A stretch of 64,000 nucleotides of DNA from positions 992,001 through 1,056,000 of the forward strand of contig OZ237739.1 in assembly GCA_965178125.1 (NCBI GenBank). Reading direction: 5' to 3'. The stretch is from Bilabrum cf. latius. Taxonomy: Eukaryota. A program made the position numbers and the translations under genes. A model generated the notes under the pieces. That model saw only the letters and a program-made list of their open reading frames with translations, was not told where the DNA came from and did not search any database. This document shows, piece by piece, positions 25,065-37,826 of the stretch (position 1 is the stretch's first letter; the number at the start of each line of letters is the position of its first letter).

Positions 25065-25357
25065 GCCACACAGCCGCAGCGTACAAGACATGGCGTTAAG
25101 ATTTGGCGGAGTAGTGCACGTGCTCTTCCCAGCCCCGGTCAGTCCGGTCAAGGGTCGCGCACAGGCACAGCTTTGTCAGGTCTGGCCATGTCTGATTGTT
25201 AACGAGACTAGGTTGCGCGTACACTCTGGCATCATGTTTGAAAGAGCTGGCTTCGCTGGTTTTTCTAAAACAGCAACTCGGCACGAATTAATATCAGCTT
25301 GCAAGTCCGTTCGCCCAACTGTAACCAAAGGTAGACCCAACCACCTAAGGGTGGGCT

Positions 25358-28300
25358 TCAGCCCGATTCACCCGCAGGCACAATGATTGAGGTGTCCCAT
25401 ACAAAGCCAGCTGGCAAAGGTCGCGTTTTAGCAGCAGGAAGCACGTGAAAGTACATTGTAGTCGCGTCTTTGTCCTACACGAACCATCGAATGCTCTCGT
25501 CATCTGCAGGCTTGCACGACCGATACTTGGATGGCGGCGAAGCCCCCAACCAATCGACCGCTTCCAAGGGGCTCTGAAATACATCGACAGAGACAGTTGC
25601 TCGCTTAGGTGGCGAAGCCGCTGCTGCTACAGCGCAAGGTAGCAAGTCAACAGTTTGAAAAGCAAAGAAACCTTTCTGCTATCCGTCTAAAGCCCACGGA
25701 CAGCCATCAAATAGCTGTACTACAGCTGGCAAGGGAGTCCCTTCGGCACACTCAGAGCACTGGTAGCATAGCGAGACGGACACGGTGGCAGATTTCATTT
25801 CCCCGTTTCCGCCTGGGTTACAGCCATTCTTAGTACTGCCACTCTGCAGCGCGTACGTGGCGCTGTGCGGTGGCACCCTTGGTGGTCGTGGAAGACCTTG
25901 CGCAAAGTCTCCGCTTGCTTCGGCCCCAGCACCTGCTCCTCGACCTGCCTAGCTCGAACGTGCTCCGGGGGCGACTGCCCGTGAGCTGCGACTGGGCGAG
26001 GTTGTGCGCGCTTGGAAACTTAGCATATTCTTGAAGTCGAGTGAGACAAGAAAAGAGGCGCGGTCACGATAGATCGGGGCTGTGCCACGCACGGTGACTA
26101 TGCCATCGCTATCTTTCGACGTGCTTGACTCTTGGTCGCCTTTCAATAAACCAGTGAAGCCATTTATCGTTTGTTGTAAGTTTAGGCCTCCTAATGTGAG
26201 ATCTGATCCCCCAGATGGTGGTATATAGTACTTGGAGCCACCTGATGCCACTGAGGAGTCTCCACTAGCTCCCCCCGTTATGCTGCCGGCGGCACTCGGG
26301 TCACTGGTAACAACTTTAAGCACCAAGTTGGGGCCATCATCTCGAGGCAAGCACTCACCTAGATGCAAAATCTCAAAGCATTTGCAAATGCATGCCTTGT
26401 ATCGTGAGTGGCACACTGGGAATGTTGCTCCAACCTTGTCCTCTGCCTTGCACGCACTACAGTCCTCCGCCAGTAGAACTGCATCGCTGGCCTTCCACAT
26501 GCTCTCGAATATGAATTGGCCGAGCACAATGTTGGGCCCACGTTGATTGATAGTTGCTTCAAGTCGGGCATTCAGCTCTTTTCTCGTGGCTGCCAGTGAC
26601 CGTCTCCTGCTCTCGTAGTCCTCGCCCTGCAGTCCCCTCAGTCGTGTATCCGTTGGCTTGATCTCGGGTATTTGAACAAGATGCCGGTCACCGCTGTTCT
26701 CCAGCACGAGATTGAGTGGACACATGCCATCCACGCGGGCTATCCGCTTCTCGGCAGCAAGCTGCGATAGCGCACAAGCTACCCTAGGAGCAGCATAAGA
26801 AGTGGCAAACGACCTGGCCAAGATGCCAGGAGTTTCTCCACTTTGTGCACCGTACTCCCTGGCCATTCGCTGTCTCGGTGGATCTTCCCCGTCGGCAAAT
26901 ATGCCCACGACTTGGCCCCAGTTGGAAAAAGCCTCAAGCTACACCTTTGTGGCTGCCCCACCACCGTATGCTCCGACACAAATAGTGTGGGGGGACGAGC
27001 ACGGAAACACGTCTGAGGCGTCTACGCCAGTGTTGCCAGCTGCTGCAATTGCTACGAAGCCAAGGCCGCGAAGAATCTGCAACTACCTGTTGATCTTTCC
27101 TTTGTTTTTGTCAATCATCGAGGCAGACCCGAGTGATATCTAGACGACGCCCAGGATTGATCCAGCTCTGTACAATGACCCACGAGCAGCCCGGACGACC
27201 TGATGCACCTGCTGCGCCATAGGTATCACGTTAGCTAGTCCCCATGCAATGCTGCCACCGTGATCGCCAAGATCGATCTGGTCTTTACGCTTCCAGACTT
27301 TGCTGCTCGCCTTGATTGGAACAATAATAGACGCGGTGTCCCTCGCCGAGAGTCTCGCGACCTTCGTACCATGCCTATCGCCGGCACTATCTAGCTCAAA
27401 TGCATTGCAGGGCTTCCGCTCTCTACCCACACACCCACAACACAGCAATGACACGACTGTTGGCACCATTTCGGCTACTGCAGCTCCTCTTGTGACCCTG
27501 CTAGAAGATCCAGGCTCGACGTGGCCCGCGGTGGCGGTGAACAGCTCCTCCTCGAGTGCATCAAAGTCTCGCGCTGACTGCAGCTCGTTCTGCGTGTACT
27601 ATACCCCGGAGTCTATGATGAAAATGACCTGATATCGCGCGGTTCTATCAATCGGCTGCGGCAGCACATTGACTGACCCTAGGTCAGCAATGTCGCTTTG
27701 AGCTGAACGTGTCCCTGCCATAGCAGTGCGCCTAGCTGACACAGCAGAGCTTGTATCTGCGCTATGTCTACTTCTTGCAACAGCATCGTGAGATCCAGCG
27801 ACCACATCTACCGCAAAAGGTATGGAGCCTGCTGCTGTTTCACTGAATTCGTCGGATACAGGCTCTGATTGGGCAGTGCGAACCTGGTTGATGGCGCCCG
27901 CACCGGCACGGGTCACGCGCTACGCACGCTCACTGATACGTGATCCACATGAATCCTCGGCACCTCTGTACATTGGATTCACTGCGCTTGTAGTCGTGTC
28001 CTGGTAGCCGGCTGTCGGTGGCCTGGGCGCCACGAGTTCAGAGTCTTTGGGACCGGCGCCATCTAGGTTTCCATGGCTCGCAGCTGCTGCGCCACCACCT
28101 GCGGAGACATCGGTGGACGACGAACCCGCGCCGCTGCTGGGAGCTTGCAGCCTTGAGGCACCCAAACTTCCAGTCTCCTGTGGATGTAGCCGGAAGACGC
28201 CGTCTATTACGGTGGGCCACTCATGAGACGGCAACAGTGATGTATGCTCCGAGGCAGACTGCAGCAGGGCGACACCGTCCTTCTGTCCAACAGGTAGGTA

Positions 28301-29581
28301 GGGTTGCACTAAATCTAGACCAAAAGCACCCCGAATCTATCCTTCGTTAGAAACCCCAGCGCTTTGCGGATGTTTTGTAGAATATCCTTTGCTGGCCTAG
28401 GCTCTCAGGTCCACAGCCTACTCCAGCAGCGCATGCATGTCGGGCCCCGTGCAGGCTGCCATGCCGATGGACGGCGACTGCGGGATCAAGGCTCCACTGC
28501 CCATGCTGGCCTCGCCCAGGCTCTTGATCTTTGACAGCAACGCATGCACTGGACCAAGGCCAGGCACCAGTAGTGGGGCCCTGGGCTTCTTCCCAGCCAC
28601 CTCCATGCGCTCCACCAGAGCCCCCAGCGCGGTGTCACAGAACGTGCGAGGGGCCCCGTGCTGGTCGCTGTGAGCGATGTCAGGCGCGTATCCGCCAATG
28701 GCGATGTGGTGCCTGTACTGCAGGCCGGGGTCAGGCCTGTCCATCCCACCCGACAGGTGGGCCAGCGTCATAGCGGAGGTAGCGAGCACCGCCCGCTCGG
28801 CCTCTGCTGCCACGAGGCTCCACGCGATGCGCATGTCAGGGCGCGCGGCGGCTTGGAAGGCGACGGACTGCACAGCCGCTTGCACCTGGCAGATGGGCTT
28901 GATGACGGGTGCGGCGTTGCCAGGGATGGTGGTGAGGCTGGCGAGCTGCTTTGTGCACGAGGCCACGAGGCGGTGCGTGCGGGCCATGGGATCGGAGCGA
29001 CCGCCATCTTCCGCTACGATGCCGTCTTGCTTCAGCCGATGGTTGGCCCCTGTGTCTGCATCTGCCGCTTGCACGTCGCGCAGGGCGCTAGACATGGCGG
29101 TGGCAGCGTCCCGCATGGCGCGACCGAGGGTGCGGGGATCCGTGCTGGTGACGAACGAGACGAAGTCGTCGGCCGGTAGCTCGTCTTCTTGATGCATCCA
29201 GTAGACATGATGCATGCATTGATCATCCACTGGGCGTTGCTCCTGGTCGGTTGAGTCCTGGGTTTGGGGGTGCGAGCCGGGCGCATGCTTGTGATCGTGC
29301 GAGTTCACGGCGGGAGCGGACCCATCTGCGAGGGCCGGCGGAAGCGCATACCAGGAGAAGGCAAATGTATGACATACGACCGTGTGTTTCTGGGCGCAGC
29401 TGACTTCAGTCTCACCGACATCGTGCTTCGAGACCTCCTGGGCGGGATCAATAACCGATTGCTTCGACTTGCGGTGCATGGGGCGAATCCTGCGGGCATT
29501 CCTCAAGCTTCTGGGCGGGTCATCAGCACGAATGCAGCACATGCATACGGCTAGTACACTCAGCACTGCCAGCGAACGCAT
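25358..29581 (-). CDS. Secreted subtilisin-like S8 peptidase, paralog A (~1407 aa unspliced)
   Basis: Signal peptide MRSLAVLSVLAVCMCCIRA; VIFIIDSGV (Asp), HGTKVA (His), AAAGNTG (oxyanion Asn), FSNWGQVVGIFA, ATSYAAPRVA (Ser). All track fragments are in one frame joined by TAG; TGA at 25358-25360. A 90-nt in-frame intron near the 5' end is possible. Confidence 0.8.
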
Positions 29582-30147
29582 GATGGCTTGGAATGATTGG
29601 ATCAGAAACACTCGCCGCGGTCATTCGGAATGTTGCATTTGCGACCTACCGAACTACCGGGGCTTGGAAGCTGATGGGATGTGTATTTATTAGCTGACTA
29701 GACAATTTTCATGTATATTGCTATCATACTAATGCGCTACTTGGCATAATTCATTTCGAGTCAAGGAATAGCGAAGATATCAACAGTAGCATTCCTTTCT
29801 TCCTCTCAAATGAAGCTGTCTCTCGATATCACCGGCATTGCTAAAATTCATGGGGTTCTATTCAAACCCACTGCTCAATGCAGCTCTCGATTCTGACTGG
29901 AGCTGCCTAGCGCTCGGCCAAGAGCGCCTCTACGATGAGTCAATGGAATAGCTCTCATCGACATCCACTACCCCTGCCAGCGATTCGCACCTCAATCCTG
30001 GTCAGGGATGAAGCATATCTCTTATACGTCTTCTGCTGCGATGCCTTGCCAGAAGCTTCACGTCGGCGCCTGCGCAATACCAACACACCGTCTGCGACCG
30101 GGTATCCGTCCAGTGGCAGCCTGGGCCCACGCCGACATCACAGCTAA

Positions 30148-30867
30148 CCTGCACCGCCGGAGTCACTCGCCGGCGGGAGCGTGCTGGCAGAGATATTCAG
30201 GGTGACCCGTCTAGGGCCACACCTCGCCATCAACGGGTGCAGGCTCGGCGAGCCCTCCCCCGCCTCTGGCATCACGCCAGACGAGTAGAACGCGTCCCTC
30301 GGTGGCCTGGCCTCCATGGTCTCTGCGGTGGCCACTAGGATGGGCGTGCCTCCCAGCAAGTACCAGGTGGTGCCCATGGGCTGCTCCACATACCTGACCA
30401 GCACCGTGGGCAGCGGGGCGCAGTTCCGGCTGCAGCAGCAGAGCAGCTTGTTCCGGGCCAGCTCGCTGGACCAGGCCCTGGGCGCTCTGTGCTTCTGCAT
30501 CGGCGAGCTGTGCCAGGAGGCTCAGCGGAGAGACAGGAGCCTGGTGCTTCCGTACGCCATGGACGTGTCCAAGAGCCTGGCGGGCGGGCTGCACATGCAG
30601 CTGAGGCAGTGCCGGGAGGGGGAGTGGGCGAGGGCGCTGGCAGCCGCGGCAGTGAACATGCGATGGCTGCTGGCGTGGGTGGTGCAGCGGGAGGCGGCTG
30701 GACGGAGGGCCAAGGCGGGCGAGAGGAGACCTGGGGCTGGGGCCGGGACTAGGAGAGGGAATGGGGTCGTGGATGGGGGAGGCGGTCGGAGAGTGGGGGG
30801 TGCAGGCATGGGGTCTTCGGGTGGGGCGGCGCGTGGAGGAGCCGGTGTGGCAGGCTTGGGGCAGTGA
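30148..30867 (+). pseudogene. 5'-truncated Atg6/Beclin copy (BARA/C-terminal domain only)
   Basis: Near-identical to the reverse complement of 44157-44875; frame open (TAG at 30286 where the parent has CAG); in frame with upstream ORF 29935-30147 across a TAA. Confidence 0.8.
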
Positions 30868-31126
30868 TGCGCTTCATCGGGATGGCGACGTGGCGATAGG
30901 CAGTGGTTGGATCAGAGACATGCATTGATGGTCATGGCCAGGCCTCGATCACTTTGACTTTGATGCGGCCTCAAGCAAAGTTTATGCAATGCACTGCAAT
31001 GGCAATGTTTGCTGGCCGCCGGATCCATCCACCCGGAAGTTTTGCCTTTTTCGGGATCCTCGCCTGGGCGTCCCATTGCTGCATCTACACTTTCCTTCCC
31101 AAGATATTCTAAGCCCGATTGCATAC

Positions 31127-32709
31127 ATGGACCAAGCTCGAAACAGGCCTATCGATCTTTTCACCAGTCCAGCAAGAGACATTGAACTGGTTGTGAGTCG
31201 ATTGGAATCCATTTCCGAATCGACCTTCCCGCGATGGCTCCATGCGTTTCCATGTTTGATCATTACTTTGTATTTTGCATATCCATCTGGATGCAGGCGG
31301 TATCCGATGGTGTGCAAGAGCGACACAAACGAGGCAGGAACGACTTCGCACCACAGTGCACGTCGGTTGCCGAGTTTGTAGGCTGCGTCCTTCGAGGATA
31401 CGCCCGCGGTAGCATGCCTGCGGGATCCGGCACCGAGGCGCTGAAGCGCCTGCAGGCTGCCATGGGAGCCGACGGAGTGCGCTTGCGGTCGCTGCGCCTC
31501 ATTGGCGAGACGATCGATGGTGCAGCGGGCCGATTGCTGTGCGAGATGGTGTGCATGGGAGGCGATGATGAGGGGTTGCGCTGCTTGCATCTGTGTGACT
31601 GTGACTGGGAGGCTGGAGCGATGGAGGCGTTGTCACCAGCGATGCTGTGGGATGGTGTTGATGGCCGGCTGGACGCTCTGCTGGTGTAGGACACGAGGGA
31701 GTCCATCGATGGGATGCCGATGGAGTGCGTGAGGCGTCTTGGGACAGTGCTGCAGGACGCAAGGTGCAGCGTGCGTGTGCTGGGCCTGAGCGGGCTGCTT
31801 GGATTCAATACAAGAAGCTCCAACTCTCCTGGTCCCGAGCAGCAGACACTCATCGACCGGAACGCATATGTAGGGTATGCCATCGGGCTGAACAGCAGCG
31901 TGAGGTATTTGAAGACAGGCCTGTGTTTTGTAGGCGCCGGCACATTGCAAGCATGGGCGGATGCTCTGGCATGCAGCCGGACTCTAGTGCAGGTACACGT
32001 GAACCTGCAGCCGATGTCACCGAAAGGGTACGACGCAATGGGCGGCTCTGTGGCACGGATCGTGCGGGAGAACAGGAGCATCCGGGATATGGTGCTGCAG
32101 TTTGAGATCCGACTTCCTCCGACTGGCAATCCTATCGCGATAGATGCTTTGCGTGCAGCCATCCGACAGAATCAGGCGCTCCGGTCACTTGGGGTTGCCT
32201 ACAACTCGAACGAGTACCGCTATCATCGCAGACGGAGCGAGTTCTATCATGAGTACTTCCGCACAGTCGATGCAGTGATCGACAATCCGCGCATCGTGCA
32301 TTTCGAGTGGACCACTGGCCGAATCGATCATGTGGACGACCACCTGGTTCCAACCGTGCTGCCTCGACTGCAAGCCATGCGCTCGACATAGTCCAGGGTC
32401 TGGGCCATAGCCAGGCACCGTCGTGCAGCGCAGGCCCAGCAGGACGCAGGGCTTGTCTATCAGGCTGCAGCCGAGGGCCGGCCGCTGGAGCTGGCGAAGC
32501 GCCTGAGGCTGGGAGTGATGGCAGGCGGTGCGGAGAGGAAGGTGCAAGTCGGGTGTTGGTCACAAGACGCGCTGGAGGCAGCCATGTCGAATGGGCATGA
32601 CGATTGCGCGCTGCTGGTGCGTCGGGCACTGGCTCGCGAGGTGAATCGGAGGTCGATCTATTTCGGGTGGTGGTCGTGCTCGGGGCCTGGGTGCTGCGTG
32701 CTGTCGTGA
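31127..32709 (+). CDS. LRR-ankyrin-CaaX protein, copy 4, subfamily B
   Basis: Exon 1 MDQARNRPIDLFTSPARDIELV; intron 31193-31296 (GTGAGT...ATGCAG), same position as in subfamily A; TAGs at 31687 and 32389; ends PGCCVLS-TGA. Confidence 0.8.
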
Positions 32710-32986
32710 TACACAGTATAACTACTGGACTTCGTAATATCAGATCAGTGTTTCGTTATTGGCGGTTTGTGTCTGATATTGCATGGCTTGTACTCGGTTT
32801 CAGAAAGATCAGATATTTAGCCAAGCAGTTTGTAGTGCAGTAGCATGTCACCAAAAGTGCATAATCTTACATCCAGGATGCAGTCCTCGTCACTGCAACA
32901 CAAAGTATTTGGTTAACAGCAGACGAGGAATAGTCATGAAGCCGCCCCGGACAACACGTAAGCTGGATGATGCCAACATACCCATC

Positions 32987-34619
32987 AGCCGTGAATTTGT
33001 CCTCCTCGCTCTCTGAAATCGTGATCTGAACCACGCCCAGCATGGAGCCTTCTCGGTACGCGGAACCACGTGCAGCACGCACAGCCGCCTGGACTCGTTT
33101 GCCCATTCGCTGTGCCATGGCAAGACCCCACGCGATGTCTGTCGTACAGCTCTGACCTGTGTCGCTTGCGCTTCCTGCGCCGCCTTTACCATCAGGGCCG
33201 TAGCTACCATCTTCATTTGGTAGTTTGAGCTGCAAGTCGGTTGGCTTTGTGTTCCAGCGCCCTGAGGTGCAATGTATCTTGATCGGCACAATGATGGACT
33301 CGGTTCCAGATGCCGCCAGCGATGCAACCAAGGTTCCGTGAGTAGACAAGTGGTGATACGGCATGTATGCGGGGTAGCGCCGAATCCCGCATACCTCATC
33401 TTTAGAGTTCCGAATCTCCCGGTTGCGCATCGCGGCTCCTCTGGTGACCCGGCTGGTTGACCCCGGGTACACGTGGCCCCCAGTTGCTGCGAATAGCTCC
33501 TCCTCGAGCTCATCGAAGTCACGGGCTGACTGGAATTGTTCATACGTGTACACGACAGCCTGATCTATCACGAACACGACCTGGTACCTAGCACTTTTGT
33601 CCACTGTAGCTGGATCTGGCGTAGCAGGACCGGCGACGCCAGCTCCACTGCCAGTGGCGGCGTCGGATGCTCCACTACCACTGGCGGCGCCGGACATTTT
33701 GGACGGCAGCGCAGCAGCGCCTGTACCCTCCACACTTGATGCCTCCATGCGCATTGCTGTGTCATCTGCCTGGCGACGAGGAGGAGCAGCACCAGCTGAA
33801 GCAGCATCCTCGGTGGTGCCGGCGGCGACTACTTGCGAATCAATGCCAGAGTCGTGTATTGCCTTCATGCGCACCAACGGATTGGACTGCATGGATACAA
33901 CTTGGCTCGCCTGTCCGATATCGCTGCTTGCAGCTGCAGCTCCGCCCCCTGATCGCATAGTGCTAGCCTTGTCGGATCCTCCAGCGGTCGAGGGAACTTG
34001 GTCCTTCTTGTCTGCGGCACTTGCTGCGCCTTCCACGGCTCCTTGACCGCAGGGGCACACTCCTGCGCAGCAGTCCACCGAGCAAGGGAGACTGCATGGA
34101 CCGCAACCGCCTGCTGGAGACTGTGGGACCCTGTACACGCCGTCCAACAGAGGAATCCCAGAGCCCTGCAAGTGCTCTGATGCAGACTGCAGCAGGGCGA
34201 CACCGTCCTTCTGCTCCATCGGTCGATGGCCTTGGGTTGATTCTGTACCCGACAGCGTCATGTCACAGCTGCACTGGCAGTCCGCTGCTCTGCTCTGGTC
34301 CACTGTCAGTGGGCTGGAATGTGTTGCTTCCACCAACCGGCTCGTGGCCTACTCCAGCAGCGCATGCATGTCGGGCCCCGTGCAGGCTGCCATGCCGATG
34401 GACGGCGACTGCGGGATCAAGGCTACACTGCCCATGCTGGCCTCGCCCAGGCTCTTGATCTTTGACAGCAGCTCATGCACTGGACCAAGGCCAGGCACCA
34501 GTAGTGGGGCCCTGGGCTTCTTCCCAGCCACCTCCATGCGCTCCACCAGAGCCCCCAGCGCGGTGTCACAGAAGGTGCGAGGGGCCCCGTGCTGGTCGCT
34601 GTGAGCGATGTCAGGCGCG
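32987..34619 (-). pseudogene. Internal fragment of S8 paralog B (Asp and His motifs, no Ser motif, no signal peptide)
   Basis: Matches about 38720-40349 in inverted orientation; truncated at both ends. Confidence 0.85.
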
Positions 34620-34697
34620 AGTAACCCATGCTGTACCGGAGTGCACGCCGTCAATAATGTGGCACAGATCCGACGACACGAAATCCAGTACTATGTA

Positions 34698-36277
34698 TCA
34701 CGACAGCACGCAGCACCCAGGCCCCGAGCACGACCACTACCCGAAATAGATCGACCTCCGGTGCACCTCGCGAGCCAGTGCCCGACGCACCAGCAGCGCA
34801 CAATCATCATGCCCATTCGACACGGCTGCCTCAAGCGCGTCTTGAGACCAACACCCGACTTGCACTTTCCTCTCCGCACCGCCTGCCATCACTCCCAGCC
34901 TCAGACGCTTCGCCAGCTCCAGCGGCCGCCCCTCGGCTGCAGCCTGATAGACAAGCCCTGCGTCCTGATGGGCCTGCGCTGCACGACGGTGCCTGACCAT
35001 GGCCCAGACCCTGGACTATGTCGAGCGCATGGCTTGCAGTCGAGGCAACACGGTTGGAACTAGGTAGTCATCTGGGCGATTTACTCGGCCAGTGGTCCAC
35101 TCGAAATGCACGATGCGCGGATTGTAGATCACTGCATCAGCTGTGCGGTAGTACTCGTGATAGAACCCGCTCCGCCGATGATAGAGGTACTCGTTCGAGT
35201 TGTAGGCAACCCCAAGTGACCGGAGCGCCTGGTTCTGTCGGATGGCTGCACGAAAATCATCTATCGCGATAGGACTGCCAGTCAGAGGAAGTCGGACCTC
35301 AAATTGCAGCACCAGATCCCGGATGCTCCTGTTCTCCCGCACGATCCATGCCACAGAGCCGCCCATTGCGTCGTACCCTTTGTGTGATATTGGCTTCAGC
35401 TCCACGTGCACCTGCACTAGAGTCCGGCTGCATGCCAGCACATCCGCCCATCCTCGCAATGTGCCGGCGCCTACCAAGCACAGGCCTGTATTCATATACC
35501 TCACGCTGCTATTCAGCCCGATGGCATACCCTACATAAGCGTTCCGGTCGATGAGTGTCTGCTGCACGGGACCAGGAGAGTGGGAGCTTATCGTAATGAA
35601 TCCAAGCAGCCCGCTCAGGCCCAGCACACGCACGCTGCACCTTGCGTCCTGCAGCACCGTACCAAGACGCCTCACGCACTCCATCGGCATCCCATCGATG
35701 GACTCCCTCGTGTCCTACACCAGCAGAGCGTCCAGCCGGCCATCAACACCATCCCACAGCATCGCTGGTGACAACGCCTCCATCGCTCCAGCCTCCCAGT
35801 CACAGTCACACAGATGCAAACAGCGCAACCCCTCATCATCGCCTCCCATGCACACCATCTCGCACAGCAATCGGCCCGCTGCACCATCGATAGTCTCACC
35901 AATGAGACGCAGCGACCGCAAGCGCACTCCGTCGGCTCCCATGGCAGCCTGCAGGCGCTTCAGCGCCTCGGTGCCGGATCCCGCAGGCATGCTACCGCGG
36001 GCGTATCCTCGAAGGACGCAGCCTACAAACTCGGCAACCGACGTGCACTGTGGTGCGAAGTCGTTCCTGCCTCGTTTGTGTCGCTCTTGCACACCATCGG
36101 ATCCCGCCTGCATCCAGATGAATATGCAAAATACAAAGTAATGATCAAACATGGAAAAGCATTGAGCCATCGCGGGAAGGTCGATTCGGAAATGGATTCC
36201 AATCAACTCACAACCAGTTCAATGTCTCTTGCTGGACTGGTGAAGAGATCGATAGGCCTGTTTCGAGCTTGATCCAT
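34698..36277 (-). CDS. LRR-ankyrin-CaaX protein, copy 5, subfamily B
   Basis: Intron 36108-36211; TAGs at 35715, 35016 and 34737; ends PGCCVLS-TGA. Confidence 0.8.
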
Positions 36278-36537
36278 ATATGCAGTCAGGCTTAGAATAT
36301 CTTGGGAAGGAAAGGGTAGATGCAGCAATGGGACGCCCAGGCGAGGATCCCGAAAAAGGCAAAATTCCGGGTGGATGGATCCGGCCACCAAACCATTGCA
36401 TTGCATAAACTTTGCTTGAGGCCGCATCAAAGTCAAAGTGATCAAAGTCAAAGTGATCGAGGCCTGGCCATGACCATCAATGCATGTCTCTGATCCAACC
36501 ACTGCCTATCGCCACGTCGCCATCCCGATGAAGCGCA

Positions 36538-37263
36538 TCACTGCCCCAAGCCTGCCACACCGGCTCCTCCACGCGCCGCCCCACCCGAAGACCCCATGCC
36601 TGCACCCCCCACTCTCCGACCGCCTCCCCCATCCACGACCCCATTCCCTCTCCTAGCCCCAGCCCCAGCCCCAGCCCCAGCCCTCCTCCCGCCCGCCTTG
36701 GCCTTCCGTCCAGCCGCCTCCCGCTGCACCACCCACGCCAGCAGCCATCGCATGTTCACTGCCGCGGCTGCCAGCGCCCTCGCCCACTCCCCCTCCCGGC
36801 ACTGCCTCAGCTGCATGTGCAGCCCGCCCGCCAGGCTCTTGGACACGTCCATGGCGTACGGAAGCACCAGGCTCCTGTCTCTCCGCTGAGCCTCCTGGCA
36901 CAGCTCGCCGATGCAGAAGCACAGAGCGCCCAGGGCCTGGTCCAGTGAGCTGGCCCGGAAGAAGCCGCTCTGCTGTTGCAGCCGGAACTGAGCCCCGCTG
37001 CCCACGGTGCTGGTCAGGTATGTGGAGCAGCCCATGGGCACCACCTGGTACTTGCTGGGAGGCACGCCCATCCTGGTGGCCACCGCAGAGACCATGGAGG
37101 CCAGGCCACCGAGGGACGCGTTCTACTCGTCTGGCGTGATGCCAGAGGCGGGGGAGGGCTCGCCGAGCCTGCACCCGTTGATGGCGAGGTGTGGCCCTAG
37201 ACGGGTCACCCTGAATATCTCTGCCAGCACGCTCCCGCCGGCGAGTGACTCCGGCGGTGCAGG
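36538..37263 (-). pseudogene. 5'-truncated Atg6/Beclin copy (BARA domain only), second copy
   Basis: Mirror of 30148-30867, with the same upstream ORF (37264-37476) and TAA. Confidence 0.8.
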
Positions 37264-37826
37264 TTAGCTGTGATGTCGGCGTGGGCCCAGGCTGCCACTG
37301 GACGGAAACCCGGTCGCAGACGGTGTGTTGGTATTGCGCAGGCGCCGACGTGAAGCTTCTGGCAAGGCATCGCAGCAGAAGACGTATAAGAGATATGCTT
37401 CATCCCTGACCAGGATTGAGGTGCGAATCGCTGGCAGGGGTAGTGGATGTCGATGAGAGCTATTCCATTGACTCATCGTAGAGGCGCTCTTGGCCGAGCG
37501 CTAGGCAGCTCCAGTCGGAATCGAGAGCTGCATTGAGCAGTGGGTTTGAATAGAACCCCATGAATTTTAGCAATGCCGGTGATATCGAGAGACAGCTTCA
37601 TTTGAGAGGAAGGGAATGCTACTGTTGATATCTTCGCTATTCCTTGACTCGAAATGAATTATGCCAAGTAGCGCATTAGTATGATAGCAATATACATGAA
37701 AATTGTCTAGTCAGCTAATAAATACACATCCCATCAGCTTCCAAGCCCCGGTAGTTCGGTAGGTCGCAAATGCAACATTCCGAATGACCGCGGCGAGTGT
37801 TTCTGATCCAATCATTCCAAGCCATC

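Larger units (their letters stand above)
20060..25280 (+). mobile_element. Tyrosine-recombinase retrotransposon (DIRS/Ngaro-type); right boundary approximate
   Basis: RT, RNase H and YR motifs in overlapping frames. The left edge is where tandem unit 3 stops matching units 1 and 2 (20060, followed by an AT-rich tract). The right edge lies between the YR stop (25064) and the neighbouring gene's stop (25358). Confidence 0.85.

Noticed and set aside
34737-34739. TAG aligned to TGG, suggesting UAG = Trp
   Set aside because: A single recent substitution, against at least nine independent Gln-supporting sites.
36425-36458. 15-nt tandem duplication upstream of LRR copy 5, and (CCCCAG)n length variation in the Beclin tails
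   Set aside because: Ordinary slippage with no evident consequence.
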